A stretch of DNA of 27,271 bases from an uncultured Candidatus Saccharimonas sp. (GTDB lineage Bacteria > Patescibacteriota > Saccharimonadia > Saccharimonadales > OMJO01): NCBI GenBank assembly GCA_964349795.1, contig CAYGHF010000001.1, forward strand, positions 1-27,271. Reading direction: 5' to 3'. This document shows, one piece after another, positions 25,410-27,271 of this stretch (positions within the stretch are counted from its first letter, which is position 1; each line of letters begins with the position of its first letter). The notes under the pieces are model-generated. The model was not told the DNA's origin and did no database searches. It saw only the letters and a list, made by a program, of their open reading frames with translations. A program made the translations under genes and the position numbers.

Positions 25410-25808
25410 TTACTTTATGGCAATTTTTTCAGCAATTTTTGCCAGTTCATCGTGGTTTGGCTCACTTGTTGTGTCTTGTTTCGCACGAAATTGATCACCA
25501 GTATTAATTGCGAATAGTTTTGCATGAACATGCGGGACATCTAATCCCTCAATTTGTACGCTAACACGTATTTTGTCAGAGAAAACTTCTTTTAGGCGTT
25601 GGCCAACTCTTTTCACGGTGGCAAAAAAAGCAATGTAGTCGTCATCACTTAGATCTAGAAATGTTTCAACCTGTTTTTTGGAAACCACAAGAGTCATCCC
25701 AGGTTGTACTGGGTGAATGTCTAAAAATGCAATTGTGCGCTCATCTTCGTAAATTTTGTGGCAAGGCACTTCGCCTTTGATGATTTTGGTAAAAATACTG
25801 TCCTGCAT
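25410..25808 (-). CDS. HIT family nucleotide hydrolase
   Basis: MQDSIFTKIIKGEVP, FLDIHPVQPG and VPHVH; start reassigned to ATG 25808. Confidence 0.88.
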   Translation of the reverse strand: MQDSIFTKIIKGEVPCHKIYEDERTIAFLDIHPVQPGMTLVVSKKQVETFLDLSDDDYIAFFATVKRVGQRLKEVFSDKIRVSVQIEGLDVPHVHAKLFAINTGDQFRAKQDTTSEPNHDELAKIAEKIAIK

Positions 25809-25875
25809 AACTAAAGTCTGGCACTGGCACAACATTCATGCAAGTACTTTGACCGACATGTCGTACAATATGCTT

Positions 25876-26988
25876 ATGATTTTTGTTCGAAAGCTAGGGC
25901 TTTGGGCAGCCAGCGGTTTACTAAAGACAATGTTACTGTCGCTGGCTTTGGTAAGTGCGGTTGTTCTGGTGTTTGGTACACCCAAACACATAAAAAGTGT
26001 ACTCAAAGCTGAAAATGTCTACGAAACCGCCCGCGACACGATTCTCGAAAAAGCCAAAGACAGTGCCAGCCAACAATCTGACACGCAGCTTCCGATTTCT
26101 GATCCCGATATACAGCAGATCGTAAAAGATGCCGTGCCCATTGATTTTTTAGAATCAAGTGGTAATGAAGTCATTGACGGTCTGTATGCATGGCTTGAAG
26201 GTAAAACAACCAAACCGGAATTTTCAATCGAGACAACAGAAGTCCGCGCCCGTTTTATAGTTTTGCTTGGCGATTACACCGAGAAGAAATACGTTGCTCT
26301 GCCTATTTGCTCTAAGACTGAAGAGAGAAAAATCAACCCAAGCGAGCCGTTTGATCCATTCAATTCAACTTGCCGCCCGTCCGCTCTATCGGCGGTGGTG
26401 GTACGGTCACAGCTTGTCAGCCAACTCGAAAAAGGTGATTTCTTCAAAGCACCAGACATTTCGAGTGCAAACTTGTCAAAAGATACAAACGGCCAAACCA
26501 TATTTGATAGCTTGAGTGAAGCACCAAAAGCCTATCAATTTTCTCAAACATCACCACTCATTTTTGAAGTTCTGGCGCTGTTAATGGCTGCAGGGGTAAT
26601 ATTTTTGCACTGGGGAAAGAGAAAAGGGCTACGAAGCGTGGGGATATCTCTTGTCAGCACCGGTGTAGTTTTAGCTGGATTGAGCTATTTGGCATCAAGC
26701 CTATTCCACAAACAGATTCAGCCAACCGGTAGCCTAGGTAAAACATTTCAGAGCAATAGCCTTCAAAAATCTTTGGCAGGGGTGATTGATTCATTGGGCC
26801 AGATATTTAGCCAGAAATTAATCTGGTTTGGACTAGCCTATTCATTAATCGGCATAGCCCTAATTCTGGTAGCAAAGTATTGGAAAAAACAGACTAAAGA
26901 CGAAGCCAAGAAAAAAGAAGATCCTGCTCCACCGACTGATTCAACGGAAGACACTACAAAAAGCTCAAAAAAAATCGATTCTAAATAA
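25876..26988 (+). CDS. Hypothetical membrane protein (N-terminal TM, extracytoplasmic domain with two Cys, three C-terminal TMs)
   Basis: Hydrophobicity pattern; start reassigned to ATG 25876, with TACAAT 6 nt upstream. Confidence 0.7.
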   Translation: MIFVRKLGLWAASGLLKTMLLSLALVSAVVLVFGTPKHIKSVLKAENVYETARDTILEKAKDSASQQSDTQLPISDPDIQQIVKDAVPIDFLESSGNEVIDGLYAWLEGKTTKPEFSIETTEVRARFIVLLGDYTEKKYVALPICSKTEERKINPSEPFDPFNSTCRPSALSAVVVRSQLVSQLEKGDFFKAPDISSANLSKDTNGQTIFDSLSEAPKAYQFSQTSPLIFEVLALLMAAGVIFLHWGKRKGLRSVGISLVSTGVVLAGLSYLASSLFHKQIQPTGSLGKTFQSNSLQKSLAGVIDSLGQIFSQKLIWFGLAYSLIGIALILVAKYWKKQTKDEAKKKEDPAPPTDSTEDTTKSSKKIDSK

Positions 26989-27271
26989 GCCCTGTGGTGG
27001 AACACGGGTCTAGAACTTTGTTGGGTCCTTCGACTCGTTTCACTCGCTCTCTTCGAGCCTGAGCGATGAGACTCAGGTCTCAGAGTCGATGGCAGGATCA
27101 TTCTCCGCTCTGGCTTGCCATGAGCAAGCGCAGCGCGTCGAATGGCGGAAGGGGTGGGATAGTGCACATTAATCTGTGCGCCAAGTAAACTTGGGCAACA
27201 GACTAATGACCGAACCACATTGGGTTCAATCTCAAGCTTTCTTCAAGAAAGCCAAACCCAAACCTTGCGGA
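26989..27271. other. Third hairpin-dense non-coding stretch, truncated by the window edge
   Basis: tcgactc/gagtcga, gagac-tcag-gtctc, atggca/tgccat, gcaca/tgtgc, ccaag-taaa-cttgg, and ttgggtt/aacccaa enclosing gctttct/agaaagc. No open frame enters from the edge on the minus strand. Confidence 0.4.

Noticed and set aside
237-26515. Numerous other short ORF-track entries nested in or antisense to assigned genes
   Set aside because: Shadow frames of well-supported CDSs with no independent motifs or expression signals.
26995-27001. TCCACCA on the minus strand, like a tRNA-Ala or tmRNA 3' end
   Set aside because: No T-arm (TTCRA loop with paired stem) precedes it.
26838-27218. 126-aa minus-strand ORF
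   Set aside because: Overlaps the membrane-protein gene antisense by about 150 nt and has no recognisable features.

Overview
A 27.3-kb bacterial chromosome segment, most likely from a Patescibacteria/CPR organism (Saccharibacteria-like). This is an inference from gene content, compact operons and many -10 boxes sitting directly against start codons. Core genes are argS, groES-groEL with a perfect CIRCE operator, murE, tsaD and valS. Between them lie a lipid/sugar cluster (CDP-alcohol phosphatidyltransferase, PHP hydrolase, CarS-like cytidylyltransferase, PIG-L deacetylase, PGI/PMI), surface proteins (an LPxTG protein and a membrane-anchored clan GH-A glycosidase) and orphan accessory genes. 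The accessory genes include an M23 peptidase, a 2OG-Fe(II) oxygenase, a histidine phosphatase and a stand-alone H-Y-E ADP-ribosyltransferase-like domain. The most unusual signal is non-coding: several intergenic stretches fold into dense nested hairpins whose two ends pair with each other. The best case is 12739-13513 on the minus strand. It has a sigma70-type promoter, an intrinsic terminator, a perfect 16-bp terminal inverted repeat, a duplicated 14-nt hairpin and an unannotated 40-aa basic ORF with a perfect Shine-Dalgarno. No rRNA, tRNA, CRISPR array, integrase or transposase was found. All helices were found by eye and need computational folding and covariation tests.
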